A DNA stretch of 64,000 nt from an uncultured virus (IMG/VR IMGVR_UViG_3300050821_002105) (IMGVR_UViG_3300050821_002105); one strand, 5' to 3'; positions 33,426 through 44,555 are shown, numbered from the stretch's first letter. Translations and numbers: made by a program. Notes: a model not told the origin generated them from the sequence alone.

Positions 33426-34299
33426 TGTCTTGCTAAAGGCCGTGCAGTCTATTCCTGGCTGGGATAGATCTGTCATGCACACCCAGCCGTCCGTCCAAGA
33501 CGCATGGGCCACGACAATAAGAGTAGACTTTGTTTGTCCGCACGGACAGACAGTACCATGCACTCGGGTGGTGGGGCAGGCGCTGACTGGGTACGGTGTT
33601 GCAGAGCAGGCCAAGATGGACTTTGCTAGGATGGTGTACGACTGTGTTCTGGCTCACACTGGTTGGCCGGTGACGATTAATTTTCTCCCAGCGACGCCAC
33701 CTATCATGTATGGGCTACCGGATGAGCCGACCGTCGTGACATACAATGGCCTTCCTGTGTGGAAAGACTTTAAGACATCTCAGACATCTAAGATGTCGTT
33801 TACACCGCTCAAAGCTGAAGGCCCCCACGTTACCAAGCTGCTAACTGGCGTCACGGCTACATATGGATATGGCGACGGTGATCCCAACGGTGATCCCAAC
33901 ATGGCCTCTAAGAAGATCCCGGCGTTATTTCCACAACTAGCCCACGACGACGTTTCGTGTCCTGGTTTTAGCGACGGCGCAGGTCTGAGCACAGAGGGGA
34001 TCACGCCGTTCCTGTGTCAGCTTAGCGCAAGCCCGCTGGGCCTGATAACCCACCTGAATGATGATCATCACTGGACAAGAGAAGCAATAGCCGATTGGCT
34101 AGAAACACTAGATCGCGACATCACGTTACATCAAAAACCAAACAAGGAGGAAAACCCCTATGCCAACAACAACATTCAAGTCAAATTCACCGTTGACACC
34201 GGAGCCCTACAGTCCGCTCTCGTCGGAATTAATGCCGACATCGGAAAACAACTCTCAGGCGCTGCTGAACTCATCAGCGGCGACGATGGAGGCAATTGA
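33400..34299 (+). CDS. Hypothetical protein (HLND.H.WTREAIADW motif)
   Basis: Recurrent phage motif. Confidence 0.55.
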   Translation: MNAVELYADVLLKAVQSIPGWDRSVMHTQPSVQDAWATTIRVDFVCPHGQTVPCTRVVGQALTGYGVAEQAKMDFARMVYDCVLAHTGWPVTINFLPATPPIMYGLPDEPTVVTYNGLPVWKDFKTSQTSKMSFTPLKAEGPHVTKLLTGVTATYGYGDGDPNGDPNMASKKIPALFPQLAHDDVSCPGFSDGAGLSTEGITPFLCQLSASPLGLITHLNDDHHWTREAIADWLETLDRDITLHQKPNKEENPYANNNIQVKFTVDTGALQSALVGINADIGKQLSGAAELISGDDGGN

Positions 34300-34517
34300 C
34301 GAAGCGCTGGCAACTAACGTTGTCCCAGTTAAGACTATGGCCGACAAGCCGTACACTCTGGCTGATGCTATCCGCGAAGGCGCCATGTACTCTGAGCAGA
34401 CAACCGGAGCGTGGCACCGTAACGGTATGACGTGTGCGCTGGGTGCAGCTTACGATGGTCTGAAGGCTCGCGGCCTGGTCGATTGACAAACGGCGCGTAA
34501 TCTGCTATAATAGCTGT

Positions 34518-35075
34518 ATGAGCGAGTCGGTTTGGTTCACTAGTGACACACATTTCGGCCATCGCGGCATCCTAACGCTTGGTCATGGTCGTCCGTTCGA
34601 TTCCGTAGAGGAAATGGACGAGGCCATGATTGAGCGTTGGAACGCTATGGTCAAGCCATCTGACCGCATCTATCACCTTGGCGACTTCTCTTTCCACGGA
34701 AGGCAGAAGACTAGAGAGGTTGTTGGTCGGTTGAATGGACGCAAGTTCTTCGTTCGCGGGAATCACGATAGTGTGATGGACGGCATGGACTGGGCATTCG
34801 AGGCTGTCTACGAGTACAAGGAGATCAAGTATGGATTCCCCAATGCCTCAGAACAGCGCCGTATTGTCCTCTTTCATTTTCCGATCCAAAGCTGGCACCA
34901 AGTGGGCAGAGGATCTTGGCACTTACACGGTCACTGTCATGGCAACCTCCCACAGACCGAGATGGCTAGACAGGACGTGGGAGTTGACACCCATGACTTC
35001 TACCCCTGGCATGTTGATGAAATCGCGGAAGCTATGAAAGATAGGATAGGACTACCAGGAGATCACCACGGATGA
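34518..35075 (+). CDS. Calcineurin-like metallophosphoesterase
   Basis: SDTHFGH, HLGDF, GNHD, HGHCH. Confidence 0.9.
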   Translation: MSESVWFTSDTHFGHRGILTLGHGRPFDSVEEMDEAMIERWNAMVKPSDRIYHLGDFSFHGRQKTREVVGRLNGRKFFVRGNHDSVMDGMDWAFEAVYEYKEIKYGFPNASEQRRIVLFHFPIQSWHQVGRGSWHLHGHCHGNLPQTEMARQDVGVDTHDFYPWHVDEIAEAMKDRIGLPGDHHG

Positions 35076-35379
35076 AGGAGCTAGAGGCCCTAAGGGCAGA
35101 GTTGGATGATCTTCGTGAGCCGTCCGAGTGGGAGACGATGAGAGATATTAATCGTCGTAACCAGGATTTCTTTGTGAAGTTGGCAGAAGCGATGATCCGT
35201 CAGATTGAAATGACACAACTAGCGTTTCCTGGTACTATTCTTCAGGAGATAATCGCCATTGAAAATAAAGTTGGTATCAACAACTCGGATGACCCCGAAT
35301 CGCTGGATTACAGGATTAGGCAACTAGAGCGAAAGACGAATGGATTGAATACGTTGGCTATCGGCATCATGGAGAGCCT

Positions 35380-35772
35380 GTGATCCCCCTGTTTGTTTAT
35401 GGCACTCTGCGCCCCGGTTTCCGCCTATGGAGTCTGATCGCACCCGCTGTGTGTGTAGCTGAGCCTGCGTTCGCGGCCGGTGCTCTCTATCATCTCCCTG
35501 GTCGCTCTGACCGTGATCCGGTGTACCCTCTAGCCGACTTTCATCAGGAAGGCTGGATCAGTGGCGACGTTCTGTGGGTCGATCCGACCATGAAGGAGTA
35601 CGAATATGTCGAAGAAATGGAACTATCTTCTGGCTACACTAAAGCGGTAATCCCAATTATGTGTGACAGCCATGAAGAACCGGTGATCGGTTATGGTTTC
35701 CATTACTGGGGCGTGAAGGGTCCGAAGATCGAAGAAGGTGAGTGGGCCTGGAACTGGGAGACAGTTCAGTGA
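35380..35772 (+). CDS. Gamma-glutamylcyclotransferase (AIG2-like)
   Basis: LFVYGTLRPG, YP, G, E...GY. Confidence 0.85.
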   Translation: MIPLFVYGTLRPGFRLWSLIAPAVCVAEPAFAAGALYHLPGRSDRDPVYPLADFHQEGWISGDVLWVDPTMKEYEYVEEMELSSGYTKAVIPIMCDSHEEPVIGYGFHYWGVKGPKIEEGEWAWNWETVQ

Positions 35773-35970
35773 AGCATATCCAAGAATGGAGGGTGACCGG
35801 TAGTTGGATTCGTGGTGACATTATTATTAGATTGGGAGACTCCGATTGGAGTGACTCATCACACAAGGCGCCATTCACGATCTGGTGTTCGGCGGCGCAA
35901 CCCCTACCCTTGACTAAGGTCGGTCTAAATTCCTTGATCGAAGCACTAGAAGAAGCTAGAGCATCTTTAA

Positions 35971-36567
35971 ATGACTGACGAAATACGAGCAATAGGAGAC
36001 TGGCGCACGAACGGGGAAATGATAGCCGACGTAGCTGCTTTAGGGTATATCGAGGGTAAGGTATTGGACTTGACTTACGGGGAAGGTGCTTTTTGGACCG
36101 AATGGTGTCCAGACGTTCTCATAGAGAACGATCTGCATAAAGGCGCAGAATGGATGCACCATGAAGATTTCCGTGCTACTTCGTTTGCCTCTGGAGCATA
36201 TGATACGGTAGTCTTTGACCCCCCTTATAAGATGGGTGGTACTCCGTCTAGTGAGAAAATGGACAAGGCTTATGGTACAGAGGAATACCGGTCCCGTATC
36301 GAGATTCTGTCTCTCTTGGTCGGTGGAATTGCCGAAGCGGCGCGTCTGAGCAATAAGTGGGTACTGGTTAAGTGTCAGGATCAGGTGAGCAGCGGAGAAG
36401 TGCGTTGGCAAACCCAAACGGCGGTTGATACCGCCAGGGCGCTTGGTATGAGGCTCTTTGACTCTTTTATGTTGCCTGGTGGCCGTCCACAGCCTGCTGG
36501 CACGCAACAAAAGCACGCTAGGCGTAATTATTCTAGTCTACTGGTGTTCCGTCACGGAAGGGCTTGA
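35971..36567 (+). CDS. DNA amino-methyltransferase
   Basis: VLDLTYGEGAFW, VVFDPPY, VKCQD. Confidence 0.8.
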   Translation: MTDEIRAIGDWRTNGEMIADVAALGYIEGKVLDLTYGEGAFWTEWCPDVLIENDLHKGAEWMHHEDFRATSFASGAYDTVVFDPPYKMGGTPSSEKMDKAYGTEEYRSRIEILSLLVGGIAEAARLSNKWVLVKCQDQVSSGEVRWQTQTAVDTARALGMRLFDSFMLPGGRPQPAGTQQKHARRNYSSLLVFRHGRA

Positions 36568-36598
36568 CTTTAGAGCGGATTCGTGATATTATGTGTTC

Positions 36599-37486
36599 AT
36601 GGTTATCATGCCGAGGGAGACGGCAACCCCAGTAGAGTTAGTCGAGCAGACGGTAGCAGGTTTCCTTCTTGGATATGGTCCAAACACTCGTTGCGCCTAT
36701 CAGTCTGACCTTGAATGCTTCTTTGTCTTCTGCGAGGGGGTCCAGACACCCCCCCAGGATGCGACGAGAGGCACTTTAAATGCGTTCTCAGCCTGGATGA
36801 GAGAAGTGAGGGGATATTCTGCCTCCACAGTCGCCAGGCGCCTCACAGCGGTTTCAAGCTGGTTTCGCTATCTGCTCATTGAGGGCTATGTTGACCGAAA
36901 CCCTATGGAGCACGTTCGTCGTCCAAAGGTTGGCGATGATTCCGCATCGACCGGACTGACAAAAGATGAGCTAAACGACCTTCAGATATACGCTTACATC
37001 GAATCTGCTCAGACCTGTGCTCTAATTATGCTGCTTTCGAACAACGGATTGCGGATTTCGGAAGCCTTGAATCTGGATGTCGAGGATTTGAGGGTCGAAC
37101 GAGGCTACAACATCGTGGAAATCACCCGAAAAGGAGGAAAAACGGCTCTAGTGCCACTCAATAACGTGACTTACGCTGCTATTATGGACCATCTGAACGG
37201 TAGAACCACGGGACCGATCTTTCTGGCTCCCCACGGTGGTCGTCTGGACCGTTTTCGTGCTTACAAGCTGATCCGGAAGTTAGCGAAGAAGGCTGGACTC
37301 GATGAGTCGCTTCATCCCCACGACCTGAGGGCCACTTTCGTTACTATGGCGCTGGAAGCTGGCGCTCCGCTTCAGGACGTACAGGACGCAGTGGGTCACG
37401 CCGACCCGCGGACCACACAACGCTACAATTCCCGACGCAATCGTTTGGAGAACAATCCAACATTCTTGCTAGGGGGTGGACAATGA
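36599..37486 (+). CDS. Tyrosine recombinase (XerC/D-like)
   Basis: GLRISEA, KGGK, HPHDLR, GHADPRTT.RY; SAM-like N-domain. Confidence 0.92.
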   Translation: MVIMPRETATPVELVEQTVAGFLLGYGPNTRCAYQSDLECFFVFCEGVQTPPQDATRGTLNAFSAWMREVRGYSASTVARRLTAVSSWFRYLLIEGYVDRNPMEHVRRPKVGDDSASTGLTKDELNDLQIYAYIESAQTCALIMLLSNNGLRISEALNLDVEDLRVERGYNIVEITRKGGKTALVPLNNVTYAAIMDHLNGRTTGPIFLAPHGGRLDRFRAYKLIRKLAKKAGLDESLHPHDLRATFVTMALEAGAPLQDVQDAVGHADPRTTQRYNSRRNRLENNPTFLLGGGQ

Positions 37487-38754
37487 GCGAAGGAGACGTT
37501 ACGGGAGACGAACTGAGCCTACTAGATAAGAGTCGCGGCACGCTGTCAAAGGCGCTGGGGCTGTATCTGACCAGCAAGGCAATCTACGCCACCGGCAAGC
37601 AGGCATATGTCTGGGCGCAGAACAAGCGCACCTATAGCATCACGGTAGCCGGAAACGATATGGTATATCCGTTTCTTCACGACTGGATTCTGGATCGCCT
37701 GCCTGACGAACGCCGCAGGTCACTGACGGCTGAATCCGAGTACGAATACGGTACCGCTGTCAATGAATATGGTGACGCACTGACTACTTCAGCGAAGATC
37801 AGGCTTCGTTATGATGGCGCCCGCGTTCATAAGCTGGACGTTGATGGCTATCAGGTAGAGGTTTCTGTAGGCCAGCGCGACGATATGCCTAAAGAGTCGC
37901 ATCTGGTCGGGCGCCATCGCGAAAAGATCTACATACGAGCAAAGAGCCGCGAGGGTCGTGATGCTGTAGTCGCTCTTCTGAACAAGCTGGTAGAAGGGGC
38001 CGTTAAAGGCAACAGAACACCTAAGGTCAACATGGTGGCCCGCTGGGGAGATTGGCAGCCGCGTTCTGACCTTCCGGTGCGTCCCATCGAGTCCGTGATC
38101 CTTCGTGACGGTCAGAGGGAAGCTCTGGTAGCCGACTTCGAAGACTTCTTGGAGTCGGAGAGGTTCTATAACGAGCGCGCCATGCCGTGGCATCGTGGCT
38201 ACTTATTCTACGGACCGCCAGGAACCGGGAAGACTAGTGCGGCTAAGGCCATCGCTGCCCACCTGGGCCTGGACCTGTACTATATGTCGCTGGGTGATAG
38301 CAAGAGCGACCACGACATCATGGGTCTGATTACCTCAGTTCCGGCGCGCTCTATCCTACTGTTGGAGGATATCGACGTGTTCCATGTGGCTACGTCCCGC
38401 GACGAGAGCAAAGACACGCCATCGCTGTCGTCTTTGCTGAACGCCTTGGACGGCGTGACTACTCCACACGGTATCATTACCATTATGACTACTAACGATA
38501 TTAGCGTGTTAGATGAAGCGCTGATCCGGCCCGGACGAGTAGACCGTAAGGAATATTTCGACGTGGCGGATAATGACCAGGGCGAGAGGATCTTTGAGTG
38601 GTTCTACGGACAGAAGCCCAACAATCGACTGATCCGAGATGGTCACGGCATCGCGCCTGCTGAACTGCTTGACATCATGCACGCTAACAAGCATGATGCC
38701 GAGTGCGCCGTGAGACAGATTCGCAAGTCTCCACTATTGACAGGAGGGATCTAA
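37483..38754 (+). CDS. BCS1-like AAA ATPase
   Basis: PWHRGYLFYGPPGTGKTS, LLEDID, LLNALDG, MTTN, DEALIRPGRVD. Confidence 0.85.
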   Translation: MSEGDVTGDELSLLDKSRGTLSKALGLYLTSKAIYATGKQAYVWAQNKRTYSITVAGNDMVYPFLHDWILDRLPDERRRSLTAESEYEYGTAVNEYGDALTTSAKIRLRYDGARVHKLDVDGYQVEVSVGQRDDMPKESHLVGRHREKIYIRAKSREGRDAVVALLNKLVEGAVKGNRTPKVNMVARWGDWQPRSDLPVRPIESVILRDGQREALVADFEDFLESERFYNERAMPWHRGYLFYGPPGTGKTSAAKAIAAHLGLDLYYMSLGDSKSDHDIMGLITSVPARSILLLEDIDVFHVATSRDESKDTPSLSSLLNALDGVTTPHGIITIMTTNDISVLDEALIRPGRVDRKEYFDVADNDQGERIFEWFYGQKPNNRLIRDGHGIAPAELLDIMHANKHDAECAVRQIRKSPLLTGGI

Positions 38755-39516
38755 GATGGAATGTGTTAATGAATACAGCGATCCAATGTTCGATTTCGAC
38801 CGCGAAGAAGCGGCCCATGCTCAACTTGTATACCAGGTAAAACGCATCAGGGATCTAGAAGAGGCGCTAAGAGACTGCATGAATTGGCTCAGTGAATATC
38901 CAGAGAACGACTACGGATTTCGACCAACTGGAGTAGAGCGTATTATTGTCGATGCTGGCAAGGTGTTGGATGGTTAACCTTCCATGAGCCTCCCTGAGTT
39001 CTACAAACTGGAATATTCTGAAGGATGCCGGTACTGCAAGAATCAGACCTGGCTAGCGGACGAGAGGGGAGCGGCGCATCCGTGTTGCATCCTCTGGATA
39101 GAGCAGATGGGGTCGAAAACGTGTATAGCATGTAGAGCATCCGAAGCCATGCAAAATAGCTGGCGGGGTTGACAAGCTCCCTGGAATATGATAGGATAGA
39201 CGTATGTTAACATTACTCTTAGTCGTATACGGTGTGAGTGCCGCGCTGTATGCGTTCCGCATGATTTTGAAATACTTCCAATACCTTGAAGGCCAGATCC
39301 GAAACGGTACCATCATCACCAACGGTATCGCTGCTGGGCTGATTTGGCCGTTGACACTCCTTCTAGACGGTCTGCGTGGAATATGGGAAGAAATCGGTCC
39401 GGTGAAGATCATTGAAGCACCGCAGGCCCATTTCCATGACGGCGACACGCTTCCTATGCCCGTACCACCGCAGTCCGTAGCTGAGATCCTGAACAACAAC
39501 ACCCTGGAGAACCTGA

Positions 39517-40440
39517 GTGAACCTCACTAACATTGACAGCGCTTGGGTTGATGCTAAGGTGGCCGAGGGGTTGCGTATATGCACCCAACCGGTTCCAAAG
39601 CCCCGCATTTACCTAGCAGGCCCCATGAGCGGTTGCGTGCTACTCAACTTCCCGGCTTTCGATGAGGCCCGAGACTGGCTCAACGGTATCGGCTGGAACG
39701 CCATCTCGCCCGCTGATCTAGACAGGAACCGCGGCATAGATCCGGCTCAACCATTGCCCGATTGGTTCACGCTCGAAGACGCTCTACATCTTGACTTCCA
39801 TGAGATCACTCACCCTGACTGCCATGATATAGCGCTTCTTCCGCTGTGGGCCTACAGCGATGGCTCTAAGAAAGAGGTCCGCACCGCTATGGACGTTGGG
39901 CATAGTGTTTATCTGTATTGCCCCGAGGGTATCGCCCATAATCTTGATAAGAGACTGGTTCCGATCTCTCACGATGAAGTGAGGCACACCATCGAAGCAG
40001 TGGAAGCACAAGAGAAGGCCGATGCGGCGTTCTTCGACCAGGCCGCTAAGTCTGGTTCATCAGAATACCATTTCGAAGATGGAGAGTGGCGCGAGACTTC
40101 TCCAACTGGAGGCCAGAAAGGCAAGAAGCTTGCTCAACTCGGCGCCGTTGATCCAGGGGCGCTTTTAGAATTGGCGAAAGTAGCGGGATTCGGCACGGAG
40201 AAATACGAAAGATACAATTTCCTTAAGGGTTATGACTACTCTTTAACCTTTGATGCCTGTATGCGCCATCTGTTGCAATTTTGGTCTGGCGAAAACTTGG
40301 ACGCAGAAACCGGCCTGTATCATACAGCGGCTGCTGCGTGGCACTGCCTCACAATGACGTCATTCTTATTGCATGGACTCGGAACAGATAACAGACCGTT
40401 CGCTGGGGTCGAAGATCTACACCAAAGGACATCAGCATGA
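39517..40440 (+). CDS. DUF4406 (NDT-like) fused to dATP/dGTP diphosphohydrolase (DUF5664-like)
   Basis: IYLAGPMSG...NFPAF; TGGQKGKK...FG.EKY.RYN..KG...RHL..FW.GE..D.ETGL.H. Confidence 0.75.
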   Translation: MNLTNIDSAWVDAKVAEGLRICTQPVPKPRIYLAGPMSGCVLLNFPAFDEARDWLNGIGWNAISPADLDRNRGIDPAQPLPDWFTLEDALHLDFHEITHPDCHDIALLPLWAYSDGSKKEVRTAMDVGHSVYLYCPEGIAHNLDKRLVPISHDEVRHTIEAVEAQEKADAAFFDQAAKSGSSEYHFEDGEWRETSPTGGQKGKKLAQLGAVDPGALLELAKVAGFGTEKYERYNFLKGYDYSLTFDACMRHLLQFWSGENLDAETGLYHTAAAAWHCLTMTSFLLHGLGTDNRPFAGVEDLHQRTSA

Positions 40441-41067
40441 AGCGCTCTAAGAAGCTACAGAGGCGAGCGGCGGAACGGCTGAAGCGATACGAGGATATGA
40501 TGAAGGATCCGCGTATCAGCAACACCTGGAAGCACAGCAGTAATCCTCCAGGGAGCAACAAGAAGTCATAGAGAAAGGGGACAAACATGAAGGTGGCACA
40601 CTACAGACTAGAAGATGGGGATGATGTTCCGGAATTGACTTTCCAGGGGCGCTCGTTAGAAATCCTCCATCGTCAGTACGATCCAGTTGGAAAGCTGCTT
40701 CACCTGTGGATAGCGGAGCCTACCCATGAGTGACACCCGCGATCACGGCCACTGGTGGGAATACGCTGTTGGATATGCCGTCTGGCGTCAATGGCGTTGG
40801 AACCATTACTACAACAAGATGCACAAGCATCAGACGGCTCCCACAGCGAAAGAGCCTGGGTATCCAACCTGGATAGCGATGGGTTTTATCGTAACGCTAC
40901 TGTTTCTGTTCCCACTTTACTGTTTCTGGGGTGTGCCATTCTTGGTGGCGTTCTGGTTTTTCTGTGACGCTGCCACATGGTTAATCGTGGCCGGTGGCTG
41001 CATGAGTCGATACAAGGAGAAGAAATATGCCCGACAGACACCCCGTTAACTTGAGCGGCAGATTTCA

Positions 41068-41430
41068 GTGAGTAAGACGCGCCGTACCGGTACTGACCAT
41101 GAGAACCAGACACGAGACTATCTCAACGCTAATGGTTTCGGCGTAGAGAGAGAAGCGTTCTCGTCCCCCTTAGGAGATCTGAAAGGTGCGCCAGCAACCA
41201 TTGAGTGCAAGTCGCACAAGCATATCACTCTTAGTGACTTCTTGGAGCAGACGAAGCGCTCGGACGCTCGCACAGGCCATGATATGCCCATTGTGGTAGT
41301 CAAGCGCAGGCAGCACAACATTAAGGACGCGTACTTTGTAACCGACCTAGAACATGGGGCGCGGTTGCTGAAGGCGTATCAGATCTGTCTAGAGATCGGA
41401 TTATTGGAGGAAGGAGCAACTGATGGCTGA
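41068..41430 (+). CDS. Holliday junction resolvase (PD-D/ExK)
   Basis: G..HE...YL...G, GDL, IECK. Confidence 0.7.
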   Translation: MSKTRRTGTDHENQTRDYLNANGFGVEREAFSSPLGDLKGAPATIECKSHKHITLSDFLEQTKRSDARTGHDMPIVVVKRRQHNIKDAYFVTDLEHGARLLKAYQICLEIGLLEEGATDG

Positions 41431-41569
41431 CTTTATAGACGAACGCTCGGAAGATCAAACGCCAGAAAGGATTCAGGAGCGTCTGGACGCCATAGACGAG
41501 ATGTTGAATGAGCTTGTCATAGCGCCTCGTCCTAAGATCGTCCGAGTACAGACAACTAGGAACGTAGCG

Positions 41570-42255
41570 TGATTGAAGATGCAGTAGTGTATCACTCGCC
41601 TTACCCTATTGCTGGGGTAAGGCCATTCTTCGTTCTGACGAATGAAGATCAGGTCAACTATTTCGAGTCGTGCGGCGGCGCGCCAGAGGCAGAGTTAATC
41701 ACTTGGGCCGCTCAGTTTCTAGACCCCTACAGAGAGTTTCTAGACATCGGATCTCATGTAGGCACCTGGGGCATCACTTATGCCCTTAGAGGGCACGCCA
41801 AGGTGGTCTGCTACGAAGCAAACCCCCAGATCGCCAAGCTGTGCAATGCTGGCTTTGCACTCAATGGCATGGCGAACAAGTGCAAGGACTACGGTATCTG
41901 GCATGAGAACGATCTGATGCCGCTAATGTTCCCCTACCGTGACGGCGGCGGCGGATCTGTGGTAAGAGATTTTAGCGAGTCAGGGTATGGCACTACGGCT
42001 ACCATGAAGTCACTAGACCAGTTTGCTCACACTCCAGGCTTCATCAAGATTGATGTAGAAGGAGCAGAATTGAATGTCCTACAGGGCGCCACACAGACGA
42101 TCCTACTAGATCATCCAACAATTCTGTTCGAGTGCTGGGCCGATGAACGCGGGCAACGCAAAGAGGATCTGTTCCGCTACCTGAATGACGAGCTTGAATA
42201 TGGCGCAGTTAACGTTACCGGGTGGCCCGAGATGTATCTTGCAGAACCCCTTTAG
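41570..42255 (+). CDS. FkbM-family methyltransferase
   Basis: FLDIGSHVG, YEAN, FIKIDVEGAE.NVL.GA. Confidence 0.85.
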
Positions 42256-42522
42256 ATGACTAAAGTAGTTCATTGTAAGCGAGAACAGTTTGATGTCTAC
42301 ATCGGACGGCCCTCAAAGTGGGGCAATCCTTTTCAGATAGGCACTGATGGGACAAGGGAGGAAGTCGTCCACAGGTATCGAGAGTGGATACTGCTTCAAC
42401 CGGATTTGATTGCTGCGCTCATTCCTGAGCTAGCAGATAGAACGCTTGGGTGTTGGTGCGCTCCAAAGCTTTGTCATGGGGACGTGTTGGCTCGCCTTTG
42501 TGATTACGGATCGCTCATTTAG
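42256..42522 (+). CDS. DUF4326 protein
   Basis: YIGRPSKWGNPF...LGCWCAP..CHGDVL. Confidence 0.85.
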   Translation: MTKVVHCKREQFDVYIGRPSKWGNPFQIGTDGTREEVVHRYREWILLQPDLIAALIPELADRTLGCWCAPKLCHGDVLARLCDYGSLI

Positions 42523-42857
42523 GTACATTCAGATATTTATACCAATTGGATTGTTGTGATGTGGTTGGCTGAACCCAAGTGATAAAAGTAACCGCCGAAA
42601 CCGTACAATATCAAGATGGAAAGATTCTGGCATCCGGACACGTTGACGTCAACACCACAATGCAACTTTGGTCGTTTCGTCCAGTTGTGATGAAGGTGAA
42701 AATCCCGAATCGTTTCAAGCGCGTGCGCATGCACCTGTGTTCTCTAGTCGTGTCCGACCTGAACGGAGGCGTTCCCGGAACGTGGACCGCTCAGGATACG
42801 GACAGCTACGAGCGTCAGCTAGGGCTTATCCCTTAGGCCACCGAGCCGCTGGTACAT

Positions 42858-43448
42858 TCAGATATTTGTACCAGTTAGGCTGAACGACTCCAGATAGTCG
42901 GCCATTCCCCGCAATCGTTTGGAGTCATCGCTGAAGTTGCCCGCGCCAACGTTACAGGTAACGCACAAGATTCCTCGCACGCAGTTACCGCAACTATCGT
43001 CCCCTTGACAGCAGGCATGATCGTGGTCTATGTGACAACTCCCGAGATTTTCGGGGTTAATAGCCTCATCGCAACCAGGATTGGCGCAGTGATAATCTTG
43101 CGAATCGGCCATTTCTAGACACTGCTCCCATGAGATATTATACTTACGCTTAACGTGGTTCTTGCGCGAACAAAGCTTACAGTGCGAATTTTTGTTTGCC
43201 CTAGCCTGTCCCCGTCGTGGCTTCGTATCTCCAAAGTCGTCTTTGTATTTGAACTGTTTACAGCCAGGACACCAGATATTATCTGAACCGTCATATCTTA
43301 CGGCCTTAACGAAGTACGGATCACCGTAGTTTCGTACTCGGGTGTAGTGCATTCCACACATTCCGAGAGCAAAACGGGGACTATTGCCATAGGTGCTATC
43401 GCAACCGTCTACTTTGCAGACGGTATCGGGTGTGTATCGGGTTCTCAT
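42858..43448 (-). CDS. Endonuclease VII-family HNH nuclease
   Basis: HIDHDH..C...CG.CVRGILC..CN..G. Confidence 0.85.
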   Translation of the reverse strand: MRTRYTPDTVCKVDGCDSTYGNSPRFALGMCGMHYTRVRNYGDPYFVKAVRYDGSDNIWCPGCKQFKYKDDFGDTKPRRGQARANKNSHCKLCSRKNHVKRKYNISWEQCLEMADSQDYHCANPGCDEAINPENLGSCHIDHDHACCQGDDSCGNCVRGILCVTCNVGAGNFSDDSKRLRGMADYLESFSLTGTNI

Positions 43449-44002
43449 TGCTGAACACCTTTGAACAAATATTTCGTCCAGTTGTCCTGATTGGCGTGGA
43501 CGAGAACCCTAGCTAGAGCACCCGTAGGACGCCACTGTTGCATCTCGGGCGACCACACGCGACCGTTGATTTCCCAGCCCATCTCAGCGGGAGTCCGGTT
43601 ACCCTTCTTGTGGTTACAGGCGCGACACGCAGCCACTACGTTCTCCCAGGTATTCGGACCACCTTGGGCCTTGGGAATAACGTGATCTACAGTTGTAGCC
43701 CGTCCCTGACATAGACCTGGACGCTGGTAAGCACAGATGTGCCGATCTCGCGCACAGACGTTACGAGGGGTAAGAGGAAGAGAGCGAGGACGCGTACCGT
43801 GGGCGTGTTTGGGTTTATGATAACGAGTCTGCTGGATCACAGAGGGGATCTCAACTTCCATAGAAGGAGATCTACACATCTTGCCGGTGCCCTCTAGCAT
43901 CACGGCTTTACCCTGCATTATGTCCCAGATCGCATCTTCGGCGCTACATACTTCGACTGGCTGTCCTGACACAGATAGAACTAAACATCTACCAAGGCTC
44001 AC
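43445..44002 (-). CDS. HNH endonuclease (McrA-like)
   Basis: RD...CAY...TVDHVIPK..GG..TWENVVAAC..CN..K. Confidence 0.88.
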   Translation of the reverse strand: MSLGRCLVLSVSGQPVEVCSAEDAIWDIMQGKAVMLEGTGKMCRSPSMEVEIPSVIQQTRYHKPKHAHGTRPRSLPLTPRNVCARDRHICAYQRPGLCQGRATTVDHVIPKAQGGPNTWENVVAACRACNHKKGNRTPAEMGWEINGRVWSPEMQQWRPTGALARVLVHANQDNWTKYLFKGVQQ

Positions 44003-44018
44003 CGTCGTTTCGTCTTCA

Positions 44019-44103
44019 TGGTACTCCCTATCGGATTCGAACCGATAAGCCCTAAGGCGGTGACGTTTAAGGCCACTGTGTTTCCCAGTTTCACCAAGGG
44101 AGC
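44019..44103 (-). tRNA. tRNA-Leu(TAA)
   Basis: Cloverleaf, long V arm, CCA. Confidence 0.85.
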
Positions 44104-44154
44104 GTGATTATGTTTCATGCTGTAGTATACCATACATAAGTGGTACTGTCAAGA

Positions 44155-44225
44155 TGGAGCCACACTTCGGTGTCGATCCGAACCGCCTGCGGTACGAAGG
44201 CAGGGTCTAGACTGCTAGGTGTGAC
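44155..44225 (-). tRNA. tRNA-Thr(CGT), reduced D arm
   Basis: GTCACAC/GTGTGGC acceptor, loop TTCGTAC, CCA. Confidence 0.65.
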
Positions 44226-44229
44226 GTAG

Positions 44230-44307
44230 TACAAGCGGCGGGGATCGAACCCGCAAAACCTGATATTTTGAGTATCAGAGGTATACCATATTTCCCATCA
44301 CGCTTGC
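44230..44307 (-). tRNA. tRNA-Leu(CAA), short V arm
   Basis: CTGATA-CTCAAAA-TATCAG; TTCGATC T-loop. Confidence 0.75.
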
Positions 44308-44555
44308 TCGATAAAAATACATTCTCCTGGGCACTCTTCTGCTGCTTCTTGTACTGCGTCTGCTAGGTCGTCAGGAAACGATGCCAGACCATCATGCATA
44401 CGCAGCTTGGGATGGCCGTTCTCGTCAAAGCCGGTATCGCCTTGTTCTCTGACGTAAGCCAAGCCGTCATCAGACATAACGAATACAGAAGGAACGATCT
44501 CGCAGCAGAGTCCATCGCCGGTACACAGGTCCTGGTCAATCCAGACCTTAGACAT
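44298..44555 (-). CDS. Ferredoxin (3Fe-4S/4Fe-4S)
   Basis: KVWIDQDLCTGDGLC.EI.P.VF...DDGLAYV...AAEECPGECIFIE. Confidence 0.92.
   Translation of the reverse strand: MSKVWIDQDLCTGDGLCCEIVPSVFVMSDDGLAYVREQGDTGFDENGHPKLRMHDGLASFPDDLADAVQEAAEECPGECIFIEQA

Noticed and set aside
39517..40440. Z-base or deazaguanine genome modification pathway
   Set aside because: Diphosphohydrolase and MazG are present, but no purZ, que or dpdA genes in the window
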